Part shown: positions 1 through 10,004 of the stretch, in pieces
Layout of the letters: each line of letters starts with the position of its first letter
Numbering within the stretch: position 1 is the first letter of the stretch
Notes under the pieces: generated by a model
What the model was told of the DNA's origin: nothing
The model's input: only the letters and a program-made list of their open reading frames with translations
The model's database searches: none
NCBI GenBank assembly: GCA_002451155.1
Contig: DKBG01000042.1
Coordinates: forward strand, 12,133 to 76,132
Source of the DNA: Ignavibacteria bacterium UBA6906
GTDB taxonomy: Bacteria > Bacteroidota > Ignavibacteria > UBA10030 > UBA6906
Direction: 5' to 3'
Length of the DNA stretch: 64,000 nucleotides
Program-made: the position numbers and the translations under genes

Positions 1-3000
1 GCTCCTCGCGAACCGCTCTGGGCCTTCTCGGCTCTCATTGCGGGATCGAGGAGGTCATCATCCCGGATCTGAGTTGGACATACGAACATTGTTTCCGGAC
101 AGTCACAACAGTCCCGCTTACCGAAACCTATGCGCTTGATGTCCCGCGGTTGATAGAGACGGTGCAGCGGAAGATTGCCGATAATCCCGCCTGGAATCTC
201 ACGGGAGCTGTTGCCCTGAACAACCCGCACAATGCGACGGGCCAGACATTTGATCAGGATGACATACGACGTTTGCTCTGCTGGCTCCTCGAGCACCGGG
301 TGACCGTTATTGACGACCTTGCGTACCAGAATGTTGCCGCGTCGCCGGATCTCAGCGGTCCATTGACGCTCCGCCAGATGGCGGACGACCTCCTTCGGAA
401 CGGTCAGATCTCGGGAGAGCAGGCAGAGTGTCTTATTACGGTTCATTCTGTCTCGAAAACAGATTCACTTGCCGGATCCCGGTTGGCCATTGCCGAGATC
501 CGAAACGAACGTCTTCTGGCCAGGTTCCGGCAGGTCACTGCGTCGATTTTGCCCAACGTGGGGGCTATCTTCCTTTCATACCTTTTCTACCGTCGCCCGG
601 TTGACGATGTCCGCCATTACTGGAAGCTTCGGAATAGTATCTTCGACACCAGAATGCACGCCCTCGAGGAGGCGGTCGAGAATATCCCCGCCGCCCGGAA
701 CCGCTACGGGATCACCATCCGCCGTCCAACCGGAAGCATGTATCCGCTCATGGTTATCTCCCGGCTTCCAGCAGGGCTTTCCCTCGACTGGCTTTCCGCC
801 GGACTGGCACGGCAGGGAATCGGATTGCTGCCACTGTCAGCCTTTGCACGCACGGAGGATGGTTTCGAAACCGGACGAAAGACTTTCCGGTTGACGCTGG
901 GAGGAAGCGACAGCGCGGATCGGCTCCTGCCGAAAACCAGGAGAGTCCTCATTGATCTCAACCGGATGATCGCCGATGAGGAGTCCAGGTACAACAGACG
1001 CGTGCCGTCAGGCCGGACCGGCCGGTCGGGTTCTCCAGCAGTGCATACGGAGGTCGCCGCACGGTGGGATGCACTGTTGCAGAAGGTAACACAGGAGTGC
1101 GCTGCCGCTGCGCGCACGCATCGGGAACGAACATTCGGGCTGACCGGCAGGGCCCCGGAGGTGAATAGTTTTCTCGATCGCTCGCTGCCGGAACGTTTAC
1201 AGACCGTGCGGCAGCGTTTTGCCGACCGTGCCGCTCATGTGGCGGATCTCCTTGCCTTCACGCGGACGGATGGCGGCAAGGAGCTCGTACGGGTCCTCGA
1301 GCGCGAATTCTACAAAGACCATCTCACATCACGGCAGCAGCGATTTCAATCAAGGCCGTACGACCGGACCGTTCACCCGACCCAGATGTACTCCCTCCGG
1401 GCGGAAATGCTCTGGGATTCTGCGATCGAATCCATCCTGGCACATTCGGATACGCCTGGAACTCTCCCAAAGCAGATCGCACGCGCCCTGTTCAGGGAAT
1501 ATGCGGGGATGGACGTGGCAATCGGCTCTGCTGATGAAGGGGACGAACTGCTGTGCGACCTGGACCGGCTTATCGCGGCGGAAGATTTTCTGTCCATCCA
1601 CGGGGAAGCCTCCTCTCCTTCGTTTCTTTCCTACTGGGGCGACTGGGATGGAAGCACCCGTCCATCCGGCCAGGGGCACAGACTGGTGGCAACGATCCTC
1701 GTCGCGAACGTTGAACGCCTGGCCCGGCTGCTCAGAATGCTCTACGATCAGAATCGCTCTCTTGCCATCGACCCCGCGCTGCTACGGGACATGGAACAGC
1801 TTCCGGTCCGTTCCTCCCGATTTCGAAAACTCCTCGATGAAATCACGATCCTGACCCATCAGCTGGAGCGGAGATATAAGGGGCTTCTCCCGTTCCATAT
1901 CACTCCGAGCCGGCTCCGGAGGGTGGGCATGCAGCTCCACCTCGCCCGCGATCCCCTGACCACACTCTGGCAGCACAACGACCGTCTCGAACGCCGGATG
2001 CTTGCGCTCCGGGAGGAGCGCAAGCGCGCGCTGCAGTATTACTTCAGTCTGAACAAACAGCTGCGGAAGGCGCTGCATTCACACCTCCCATCGCTCCGCT
2101 CCAGCCTCGGGAACCCGGACCTCGCGATTCGCGCGGCATCCTACCGGGACCTCTTGCAGCGTTTCGTGATCACTCCACGGATCCACCAGAACATGGTCAC
2201 CGCTCAGGATCCGTTCGCCATTGACACGACGGTCCACAACATCATGGAGATCAACGAGATCAGCGGGGCATCAGGAAATCCGGGAATGATCCTTGCCCTC
2301 CAAATCAGCATGTCCACCGAACCGGAGGCCCTGATCACGCTGGACCGGAAGACCAGGGCGCAGAGGGACAACGTGTTCCGCGGCCGCCCGGACCTGGAAC
2401 TGCCCGGGGTCTGGCTGATTCCGCTCTTTGAAGATCTGAACGCCGTCACCGCGATCCCCCGCTACCTGGACAAGATCTGGGAGTATGCCGTGCAGAGCCG
2501 GCGGCTAAGCCAGGAAGTCTCCGCCCGATTCAGAGAGATGGTGTGTGAGGTATTCATCGCCGGCTCTGACCTGAGCCAGCAGGTCGGGCAGACCGCCGGC
2601 GCTATGATCTTTCGAGAGGCGAAGTACCAGATTGTCCGCTGGCTCGCGGACAGAGGTCTCGTCAGTGATGTGCGGGTGAAAATGGGGTGTGGCGAACCGA
2701 TGCAGAGGCAGGGCGGATACTACGCACCCGCGTCAGGCAGGCCCGCCTTCATCCGCTCACGGGAAAACGATGCGCGACTGGCGCGCCACGTCCGGGAATC
2801 CACCCGGCGGAGCACCCGGTATGCAACAACACCCCTTATGGGTGTGTTCTCGGGAGGGGACCTACGCACATTTCAGAGCGCCGTCTCGGAGCAGCTCCGC
2901 TCGCTTCCGGTGAAGGAATATGCGGACCTTCTCTACCACGTCCGCGCCGCACAATACTTCCACTCCCACGAGCTATCACGAGCTGCCGAGCCGTTCGTCG

Positions 3001-4244
3001 AGACGCGATTGAAGTTCAGCGCGCGGGGAGAACAGGAAATTGAGCGTCTCACCATTGGGCGCCGCGATCCGCTCTTTGAGGAATTTTCCAAGAGTGCGAC
3101 AGAGAATTTCCGGACGATCGTTTACGGACGCGAAGAAGATGTTGTGGGAATACATCTGATTTCCTACTTCATCGCGCGGACTACGCCCTCACTCAGGGAC
3201 AGACCGACCTTCCGCCCCGGCAAGGGTGTAGCCGAAAGTCAGGGCCAACTGATCATCGGACGGATCGCCGAGACCATCCCCCTGGCAAAGCACGGAAGCC
3301 TCCTGCGGGCCATCGCCCACAATCAGGCACAGACGTTTCTCCTCGGCATCAACCAGCTTACCACCGGCCTGTTCCGTGCCCTCGACACGTTCGCGCAGAC
3401 GCAGTTCGTGGAGGGGAAAGGTGAATACCTGATCGCGGACCGGGTGCTTCCAAACCTTCCGGTCTACGAGATGCTCCACACGCTGCGCCTGTATCAGGAC
3501 ATGGATCTGACGTATCTGAAGCAAATGGAACGAGCCTTCCCGGCGGGGAATTCCTGTTTCACTGTCCTTCGCGAAGATCTCGATTCGCTCCGGCGCTACG
3601 TCGGACCGCTGCAGAAGGAGCTGATCCGCCGGCACGGGATCGCGGTCGCCGACTTCTTTGAGGGGGACCGGTTTATTGCCGACCTTCTGCCCACTCTCCG
3701 TCCAGACCTGGCTGTCCTGATGCAGCCGGACCTTTTTAACAGGAGCTATGACCTGCTTGAGGGACAGATCGACGGACCGGTAGACGAGAACTGGAAGGGA
3801 GAAATGTGTCGACTACTTGCGATGCCGGAGGAAGTTGCACTCTGGCGCGGCCGGGCATGGGAACTCCTTGAGCGCCCGGTATATGGACGGCTCGAAAGCT
3901 TTGTCGAGCTCGCCCTTGCCCTTTCCTCTCTCCCGGGCCGCCTGGACCAGCGGGAGAGTGAGGGCCGTGCCTCCCTGACTCGCAGACTCCGGGGACAGCC
4001 GGCCATGCAGGAGTTTCTCACGTCCACTCAAGATGACTCCATGCGCGAGTTTCTCGCTGCCGCGTTTGAGTACCTCTCCGGCCTGTCACGAAACCGCATG
4101 GAAGTACCAACGAGTGTCATTAAAGCCCTCAAAGACATCGAGAAGATCATCGGGATCGAAGAACAGGCACTTTCGACCCGCGAGCAGGACCTTCTTCGCT
4201 TCTTCCTCCTCAAGATCGCGCGACTCTGCGGCGAGAACGGTTGA
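1..4244 (+). CDS. Large multidomain protein, 5' end outside the window. The N-terminal part is a class I/II aminotransferase-like PLP domain. The C-terminal ~1000 aa is a divergent phosphoenolpyruvate-carboxylase-like domain.
   Basis: The reading frame is open from nt 1 through the listed TTG at 150 with no stop, so the gene starts upstream. Aminotransferase motifs: NNPHNATGQ (NPxNPTG-like), SVSKTDSLAGSRL (SxSK PLP-lysine motif) and a downstream FRLTLGG arginine. PEPC-like motifs in PEPC order: TVHPTQ (compare TAHPTE), IPLFEDLNAV (compare PLFETxxDL), FIAGSDLSQQVGQTAG (compare GYSDSxKDAG), KMGCGEPMQRQGGYYAP (a degenerate FHGRGGxxGRGGxP loop), SLLRAIAHNQAQTFLLGI (compare LRAIPWIFAWTQNRxxLPxWLG), and a C-terminal ...ENG (compare ...NTG). 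Ends with TGA at 4242-4244. Confidence 0.6.
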   Translation, partial: SSRTALGLLGSHCGIEEVIIPDLSWTYEHCFRTVTTVPLTETYALDVPRLIETVQRKIADNPAWNLTGAVALNNPHNATGQTFDQDDIRRLLCWLLEHRVTVIDDLAYQNVAASPDLSGPLTLRQMADDLLRNGQISGEQAECLITVHSVSKTDSLAGSRLAIAEIRNERLLARFRQVTASILPNVGAIFLSYLFYRRPVDDVRHYWKLRNSIFDTRMHALEEAVENIPAARNRYGITIRRPTGSMYPLMVISRLPAGLSLDWLSAGLARQGIGLLPLSAFARTEDGFETGRKTFRLTLGGSDSADRLLPKTRRVLIDLNRMIADEESRYNRRVPSGRTGRSGSPAVHTEVAARWDALLQKVTQECAAAARTHRERTFGLTGRAPEVNSFLDRSLPERLQTVRQRFADRAAHVADLLAFTRTDGGKELVRVLEREFYKDHLTSRQQRFQSRPYDRTVHPTQMYSLRAEMLWDSAIESILAHSDTPGTLPKQIARALFREYAGMDVAIGSADEGDELLCDLDRLIAAEDFLSIHGEASSPSFLSYWGDWDGSTRPSGQGHRLVATILVANVERLARLLRMLYDQNRSLAIDPALLRDMEQLPVRSSRFRKLLDEITILTHQLERRYKGLLPFHITPSRLRRVGMQLHLARDPLTTLWQHNDRLERRMLALREERKRALQYYFSLNKQLRKALHSHLPSLRSSLGNPDLAIRAASYRDLLQRFVITPRIHQNMVTAQDPFAIDTTVHNIMEINEISGASGNPGMILALQISMSTEPEALITLDRKTRAQRDNVFRGRPDLELPGVWLIPLFEDLNAVTAIPRYLDKIWEYAVQSRRLSQEVSARFREMVCEVFIAGSDLSQQVGQTAGAMIFREAKYQIVRWLADRGLVSDVRVKMGCGEPMQRQGGYYAPASGRPAFIRSRENDARLARHVRESTRRSTRYATTPLMGVFSGGDLRTFQSAVSEQLRSLPVKEYADLLYHVRAAQYFHSHELSRAAEPFVETRLKFSARGEQEIERLTIGRRDPLFEEFSKSATENFRTIVYGREEDVVGIHLISYFIARTTPSLRDRPTFRPGKGVAESQGQLIIGRIAETIPLAKHGSLLRAIAHNQAQTFLLGINQLTTGLFRALDTFAQTQFVEGKGEYLIADRVLPNLPVYEMLHTLRLYQDMDLTYLKQMERAFPAGNSCFTVLREDLDSLRRYVGPLQKELIRRHGIAVADFFEGDRFIADLLPTLRPDLAVLMQPDLFNRSYDLLEGQIDGPVDENWKGEMCRLLAMPEEVALWRGRAWELLERPVYGRLESFVELALALSSLPGRLDQRESEGRASLTRRLRGQPAMQEFLTSTQDDSMREFLAAAFEYLSGLSRNRMEVPTSVIKALKDIEKIIGIEEQALSTREQDLLRFFLLKIARLCGENG

Positions 4245-4294
4245 GTGGCGCTGAGGATCCTCCTCTTCTGGAGCAAATCCGATCCACTGCCGGG

Positions 4295-6625
4295 TCAGTC
4301 CACCTGAATCTCATCCAGAAAGAGCCACGCTTTCTTTCCCGCACCCGGATGCCACGGCGGGCAAACCCTGATGGCCCTGGCCGTAATCCGCACGTATCGT
4401 GCCCAGGTCGGCTCACACACTTTCGCCAACCCCTTAATAAACGGCTCTTTTGTGTCGAGCGGAGTGTCATTCGTGAATTCCGCGACGTGGAGATACGATT
4501 CTCCGTCGCTTGATACCGCAAACGACACCGCCGCGGGCAGGAATACCCAGCTGACAGAGTTCTGGAGGAAATTTACTCCGATCCGGGAGACTTCCTGCGA
4601 CCTTCCGAGATCTACGACTGCCTCAACATCGGTTCCCTCAAATCCCTGCCAGTTCCCGTCGCCGAGGTTACGTGAGCCGAAGACCCCGTTTGTAAGACCC
4701 AAGCTCCCTCCCGCCGTATATATTGCACTGTGGGGTGGTGTCAGTCGGACGGCTTTCCCCGTCGCGCGGCTGAACCGATAGTGAATCGTGGACGGGGTGC
4801 TCAGACATGATTTCCCTTCGAACGCGGCGGCGCGCAGCGTCGAGGTACTGGCAAGCCGGACCGGACCGACATACTCCGGAGATTCCGGTGTGGGTTCGGT
4901 GCCGTCGAGCGTGTATCGCAGGTTCGCCCGGAGGTATTCGCACTCGAGGTGAACATCGAGCGCCGGGATCGCGGGATCAAGCAGTGCTTTCGCGTTGACG
5001 GAAAAAAGACTCCGTGCACTGTTGATCCGGTGAGCAGCAAGCCGGGAAAAATGCGCCGGAAGCCGGGAAGCGAAATCCTCCCATGATCTCCGGTCCTCGG
5101 GAGACCAGAGGACCTCTGCAAGCGCACAGAGTCTCGGGAGTGCCATGTACTGAACGCGCTCAAAAGTCTCTATGTACTCCGTCCAGACATTTCCCTGGGC
5201 ACCGAGGATGTGCTTTTGTTCGGCAGCCGTCAGCCCTGGGGGGATCGGCTCATACGTGTAGACTTTGCGGATCGTCGTGAAGCCACCGATGGCGCGCGGC
5301 TCAAGTGCCTGGTTCCCCTGATAGTAATCAAAGTAACAGTGCGTGGAGGGCGTCATGATCGCGTCATGCCCCTGTCTCGCTGCTGCCAACCCTCCGTCGA
5401 TCCCCCTCCACGACATGACGGTCGCCTCCGGCGCAAGTCCACCTTCAAGGATTTCATCCCATCCAATCACGCGACGGCCGCGGGAATTGAGAAATTTCTC
5501 GATGCGCGTAATGAAATAACTCTGCAGTTCTGATTCATCCTTCAGGCCTTCGGCACGGATCCGCTCCTGACAGCGAGGACATTCCTTCCATCGGGTCTTC
5601 GGGACTTCGTCGCCCCCAATGTGGACGTATCTCCCCGGAAACAGGCCGCAAATTTCGGACAGGACATTCTGGAGAAACTCAAACGTCCGGTCGTTCCCCG
5701 CACAGAAGACGTCATCATAGACACCCCAGCGCGTTCCAACATCAAACGGTCCGCCTGTGCACGAAAGTCCAGGATACGCCGCCAGGGCCGCCAGCGAATG
5801 ACCGGGCATCTCGATCTCGGGGATGATCTCCACATACCGTTCCCGCGCGTACCTGACGACATCCCGGATCTCATCCTGCGTATAGAATCCACCGTAGACC
5901 GACCCGTCAGGGACTGCGCGCCACGCACCGACGGATGTCAGGAGGGGGTACGTCTTGATCTCGACCCGCCATCCCTGGTCTTCTGTGAGATGCCAGTGAA
6001 AACGGTTCATCTTGTGCATTGCCAGGATATCGATATATTTCTTCACCGAATCGACCGGGAAGAAATGCCGGCCCACATCGAGATGCATTCCCCTGTATCC
6101 GAAGCGGGGGTGGTCCTCGATGACGACACAGGGAATGCTGGTCCAGTGTTCTCGCTCCGACGCGTCCTTCTCCGGCACCCCGGCTGTAAGCAGCTGGCGG
6201 AGGGTTTGAATTCCATAGAACACACCGGGGGCACCGGAAGACGTTATGCGCACGCCCCTCGGCGTCACCGTCAGATTGTACGCCTCGGTTCGGTCTGCAG
6301 CTGAGTCCTTCTTCACCGAGAGGTGAATGTCGTGAGCCCGACCAGCGCCGATGACGACCCTCAGCGGCACGCCGGTTATTGCTCCGAGCACATTCGCCGC
6401 ATAGGAGGCCACCTGTGCGAGTTCACTGTCAGGCGAGACGACGGCAATGCGACTGTCGGGACGCACGCGAAACACACTCCCATGAACAGTCATCCTGGCC
6501 GGTATCGGAATCACCGATAGGGCCGGGGGGGGCTGGCGGTCACCGGAGGTGTTCGCGATCGCAAGACCTGCAGAGGCAACGAGCGTCAGGAGCGCTGAAC
6601 GGAAGGTGTACATCGGGCTCTCCAT
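4295..6625 (-). CDS. beta-N-acetylhexosaminidase, glycoside hydrolase family 20, with a C-terminal F5/8 type C (discoidin) domain and a signal peptide
   Basis: GH20 catalytic motif HIGGDE (RYVHIGGDEVPK) inside a TIM-barrel-like region. The N-terminal hydrophobic leader LLTLVASAGLAIA looks like a signal peptide. The C-terminal ~150 aa have a discoidin-like composition. Confidence 0.85.
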   Translation of the reverse strand: MESPMYTFRSALLTLVASAGLAIANTSGDRQPPPALSVIPIPARMTVHGSVFRVRPDSRIAVVSPDSELAQVASYAANVLGAITGVPLRVVIGAGRAHDIHLSVKKDSAADRTEAYNLTVTPRGVRITSSGAPGVFYGIQTLRQLLTAGVPEKDASEREHWTSIPCVVIEDHPRFGYRGMHLDVGRHFFPVDSVKKYIDILAMHKMNRFHWHLTEDQGWRVEIKTYPLLTSVGAWRAVPDGSVYGGFYTQDEIRDVVRYARERYVEIIPEIEMPGHSLAALAAYPGLSCTGGPFDVGTRWGVYDDVFCAGNDRTFEFLQNVLSEICGLFPGRYVHIGGDEVPKTRWKECPRCQERIRAEGLKDESELQSYFITRIEKFLNSRGRRVIGWDEILEGGLAPEATVMSWRGIDGGLAAARQGHDAIMTPSTHCYFDYYQGNQALEPRAIGGFTTIRKVYTYEPIPPGLTAAEQKHILGAQGNVWTEYIETFERVQYMALPRLCALAEVLWSPEDRRSWEDFASRLPAHFSRLAAHRINSARSLFSVNAKALLDPAIPALDVHLECEYLRANLRYTLDGTEPTPESPEYVGPVRLASTSTLRAAAFEGKSCLSTPSTIHYRFSRATGKAVRLTPPHSAIYTAGGSLGLTNGVFGSRNLGDGNWQGFEGTDVEAVVDLGRSQEVSRIGVNFLQNSVSWVFLPAAVSFAVSSDGESYLHVAEFTNDTPLDTKEPFIKGLAKVCEPTWARYVRITARAIRVCPPWHPGAGKKAWLFLDEIQVD

Positions 6626-6669
6626 GGGAACAATTCACAGAACATGAACAAATCGGTTTCATTACCAGC

Positions 6670-7770
6670 TCAATCACGCCAGAGTTTCGAATCTTGCCGA
6701 ACATGCCATCGCTGCACGTGCTTGCCAGCCAGGCGAAGAGTCACTGCAGCTTCGTATCCATCCGGAGCAGCCTGGAGCGTCACCTGACCCAGCCGATCGT
6801 CTCCGGGGGGTTGACGAAAGCGGAGATCCTTGAGACTCTCCGCCCAGGTCCCGTGCGCCGTGCGGTAGTCCCGCTGAAGCTCGTATATCTGCATCAGGAG
6901 TTCTTTCGCACCCCACGCGGAATCTGCCAGGAACAGTCCGGATGCGTCATCGGCGAACTGCACATATCCCCAGCGTTCCGGCCGATGCATGTCAACGACT
7001 CCCTGTGGTGACCAGACCCAGTTGTGCTCCGGCCGGCCCGGGATCTTCCTGTAGTGCCCATCCTCTATCCGGACATCCCATTCCACCCGGGAGAAGTTGA
7101 TTCTCCAGCTATCACCAATCTCCGGAGGCGCCGGGCAATGTGCATAGGTCAGGAGTGACTGCCAGGGAATCGCCAGCTCGACACTCCAGCCGGTATCGAC
7201 ATCGGAAGCGGCGTTGAGGGTTCCTGCCACGTGAACGGCAGTCCTGAGCCCGACAATATCCCACGAGTCAACTGGGGGTCCCCCATCGCGATACGGTTTC
7301 GGGAGGAAAAGATCCCACCCTGTGTTCAGGGCGTTCATCTCAAACTCATAGTATTCGTGGTTGTCCCCGTTCGGGTCGATGAAGACCTCGAAATCGTTAT
7401 CCTGAAAGATCACCGTATCACGTTGCCGCAGGGTCGCCCACACATGAGGCTCCTGAAGTTCCGCGGCCACGTACAGATACTCACTGTCCCAGAGCATTTT
7501 CACCCTGGTCCGGAATGTCGGAGGTGGCATTCCCTCCCCCTCAATGTCAACGAAATTGTCGGTCCACAGAGCCCGGGTCCAGGCAGACTCGGAGAGTCTG
7601 CCATCAATCGTCAGCGGCTCAGCGGCAAACAGGCATAGATACCCTTTTGGGCGGGTGGTGATCGGCTGGCCGAAGGCGGAATTCATCCCTGCAATGATGA
7701 GCAGAGAGAGGGTAGCGAGACAGAGCCGGGCAGTAGCGCTGCGGCGGCGGACGAGTCTGGATTTTCTCAT
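6670..7770 (-). CDS. CBM9-like (carbohydrate-binding family 9 / DOMON-like) secreted protein
   Basis: The ORF track extends to 7926, but a signal-peptide-like start MRKSRLVRRRSATARLCLATLSLLIIAG maps to ATG at 7768-7770. That start overlaps the upstream fucosidase stop as ATGA. The motif FQDNDFEVFIDPNGDNHEYYEFEMNALNTGWDLFL is typical of CBM9 / family-9-like binding domains. Confidence 0.65.
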   Translation of the reverse strand: MRKSRLVRRRSATARLCLATLSLLIIAGMNSAFGQPITTRPKGYLCLFAAEPLTIDGRLSESAWTRALWTDNFVDIEGEGMPPPTFRTRVKMLWDSEYLYVAAELQEPHVWATLRQRDTVIFQDNDFEVFIDPNGDNHEYYEFEMNALNTGWDLFLPKPYRDGGPPVDSWDIVGLRTAVHVAGTLNAASDVDTGWSVELAIPWQSLLTYAHCPAPPEIGDSWRINFSRVEWDVRIEDGHYRKIPGRPEHNWVWSPQGVVDMHRPERWGYVQFADDASGLFLADSAWGAKELLMQIYELQRDYRTAHGTWAESLKDLRFRQPPGDDRLGQVTLQAAPDGYEAAVTLRLAGKHVQRWHVRQDSKLWRD

Positions 7771-9329
7771 CTGTCCGGGGCCGCGATGTTGTAGACGGAG
7801 ACTGTTGAAAGAGTGGGGCAGGCGCGCGATTGGCGTATCGTGACGCGGATGCAGGATGTCCGAACCGGGGGGAAGAGGAGAATTCGCCTTGCTCCGACCG
7901 TTGTTCCCTCCGCGACGGTTGTCCATCCCCTGTTCCCACGGACATCGATCCCAAACGCTTCGATTCGCTGACCGAGGGAGATCTGTTCCCGGAGAAGGAG
8001 AGCGTTAATCTCCCGCTCGGCGCCGAGATCTATTTCCACCCATCCCGTGTGGATGGAGTCATCGGTTGCCCAGTACGTTTGGGGACGGCCATCTACTGTG
8101 CGAACGGCGGCATACTCCAGATCACCGCCGCGGGTATTCGAGGCCGTGGCGGGGCGTCCTGCTGCCAGATCCTCTCTGAATGCAAAATCGAGGTATGCGC
8201 GAAGGGCGTGCAGCTGCCGCGCATCGTTGTCGGGTATCAGTCCGCGCCGATCGACGGGGATGTTCAGCAGAAGATTCGCGTTGCGCCCCACGGAGGCGAA
8301 ATAGATTCCGACCAGCGTTTTGAGGTCTCTGACGAGCGAATCCTCGGCGGCGTGATAGTACCACCCGGGCCGAATCGATACGTCGCATTCCGCAGGGACC
8401 CAGGCATCCCCATCGGCATGTCCGCTGGGAAGTTCATGAAAACGTTCATAGCCGGGATAGACTTCATCGCGTCGCAGAAAGGACCAGTTGGTCTCGCCCG
8501 CGGCTCCCTGTTCATTGCCCACCCAGCGGACATCCGGACCGGCATCACTGAAGATGACTGCCCGCGGCTGGCATTCCCGCACCACCGTGACAAACCCTGG
8601 CCAATCGTAGACCTGTCGCTTCCCGTTTGGTCCTTCTCCGCATGCACCGTCGAACCAGACTTCGAAAACCTCTCCATATCCGGTGAGGACTTCACGCAAC
8701 TGGTTCTTGAAATGCTCGTTATACGCCGGGGAATCACCGTACCGTGGATCGTGCCGGTCCCAGGGAGAGAGGTACACTCCGAACTTCAGCCCGAATTCCC
8801 TGCATGCGTCCGAGAGTTCCCGAAGCACGTCGCCTCGCCCTGAGCGGAACGGGCTGTTCCGGACCGTGTGCTCTGTGAAGGCCGAAGGCCAGAGACAGAA
8901 TCCGTCATGGTGTTTTGCCGTCAGGACTATCCCTCTCATTCCGGCTTCTTTGCAGACACGCGCCCACTGGCGGCAATCAAGGTCGACGGGATCAAATAGG
9001 GCAGGCATTTCTGTGCCGTCACCCCATTCCCGGTCGGTGAATGTGTTCATGTTGAAATGGACGAAGGCATAGTACTCGAGGTCCTGCCAGAGAAGCTGAC
9101 GTTCCGAAGGAACGGGGCTAACGGGGCGCGGTGGGTCGATCCGTTCGCCCCCAGGTGCACCCGCCCGGATACATGGAAGCAGGAGCAGCAAACCGAAGCA
9201 GAAGCGCAGGAGATGTTTCAGCTGACTCTCATCCGCACCGAGCGATGCGTCGGATCTTCCTTCCATCGCGGAGGTTGTCCTGCTCTCGATCGTCTGAACC
9301 ATATTCTCATTCCCCGTGCCAAACGGCAT
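7767..9329 (-). CDS. alpha-L-fucosidase, glycoside hydrolase family 29, with a C-terminal F5/8 type C domain
   Basis: GH29 signature LTAKHHDGFCLWPS. The hydrophobic N-terminal segment LRFCFGLLLLLPCIRAG suggests a signal peptide, so the true start may be an internal Met near 9266. The C-terminal ~130 aa are discoidin-like. Confidence 0.85.
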   Translation of the reverse strand: MPFGTGNENMVQTIESRTTSAMEGRSDASLGADESQLKHLLRFCFGLLLLLPCIRAGAPGGERIDPPRPVSPVPSERQLLWQDLEYYAFVHFNMNTFTDREWGDGTEMPALFDPVDLDCRQWARVCKEAGMRGIVLTAKHHDGFCLWPSAFTEHTVRNSPFRSGRGDVLRELSDACREFGLKFGVYLSPWDRHDPRYGDSPAYNEHFKNQLREVLTGYGEVFEVWFDGACGEGPNGKRQVYDWPGFVTVVRECQPRAVIFSDAGPDVRWVGNEQGAAGETNWSFLRRDEVYPGYERFHELPSGHADGDAWVPAECDVSIRPGWYYHAAEDSLVRDLKTLVGIYFASVGRNANLLLNIPVDRRGLIPDNDARQLHALRAYLDFAFREDLAAGRPATASNTRGGDLEYAAVRTVDGRPQTYWATDDSIHTGWVEIDLGAEREINALLLREQISLGQRIEAFGIDVRGNRGWTTVAEGTTVGARRILLFPPVRTSCIRVTIRQSRACPTLSTVSVYNIAAPDR

Positions 9330-9458
9330 ACCGCGTCTGATAATGCATCAATATCGGAGATTGAACGCACGGACGCAATTCCTGTTTGAGAGGGCGGCCG
9401 CCTGAAACACAACGGGCTCTCCGATGGAGAGCCCGTATCCGAGTGAGGGGACCGCCGC

Positions 9459-9884
9459 CTACTTTGGTTCGCGCGGTTTCGCTTCCTGCATTTCCCGGGT
9501 CTGCGCTTCCGACCCTTGCTTTTCCCGCATCTCGTTTTCGTACCGGTCCTGGAGGAAGGTATAGAGCTTCTGCTTTGTCTTTGGATACTGAGACAGCTGA
9601 GAGGAGGTAAGAATCGATCCTACTTTTTGTCCGAATTCCATGGTCACCTGCTTGCGCATTTTGGCGACCATTTCAGGCTTTCCGAAATACTGCTGTTCAT
9701 ATTTTGCCATTTCGGAATCGGATTCCTTGAGGAACTGCCGTGCCTTCGATTGCTGGTCGGGCGACAAACGGAGATCCGTTGTCAGGAATTGAATGAGTTT
9801 GTCCTGCATGTCAGCGCGTGTCTGCGCCTGAGCCACCGCACCGGTCAGCAGGAGACCTGCCAGGAGAATCGCGGTATGTCGCAT
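9459..9884 (-). CDS. small secreted/periplasmic protein of unknown function (Lys/Gln-rich, LxxxQ-type repeats)
   Basis: Signal peptide MRHTAILLAGLLLTGAVAQAQ, followed by a charged, helical-looking sequence. A hairpin lies downstream at 9413-9434. Confidence 0.5.
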   Translation of the reverse strand: MRHTAILLAGLLLTGAVAQAQTRADMQDKLIQFLTTDLRLSPDQQSKARQFLKESDSEMAKYEQQYFGKPEMVAKMRKQVTMEFGQKVGSILTSSQLSQYPKTKQKLYTFLQDRYENEMREKQGSEAQTREMQEAKPREPK

Positions 9885-10004
9885 GATATTGTCCCCTTCC
9901 CCGAGTAAGAAACCTGTCTGATGTCAATCATCCAAGATACGGCCGGGGAGGACCAGAATCAAATGGGCAGAAAGCCATTCCCGGACACTCTCCGGCATGC
10001 GACC

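Noticed and set aside
469-1854. Several 70-210-aa ORFs on both strands (469-894, 704-1117, 1219-1854, 1350-1679)
   Set aside because: They are nested inside the 1364-aa aminotransferase/PEPC-like CDS in other frames, with GC-rich artefact composition.
5621-6304. 227-aa plus-strand ORF
   Set aside because: It is antisense to the GH20 hexosaminidase gene.
7830-8843. 337-aa plus-strand ORF
   Set aside because: It is antisense to the GH29 fucosidase gene.
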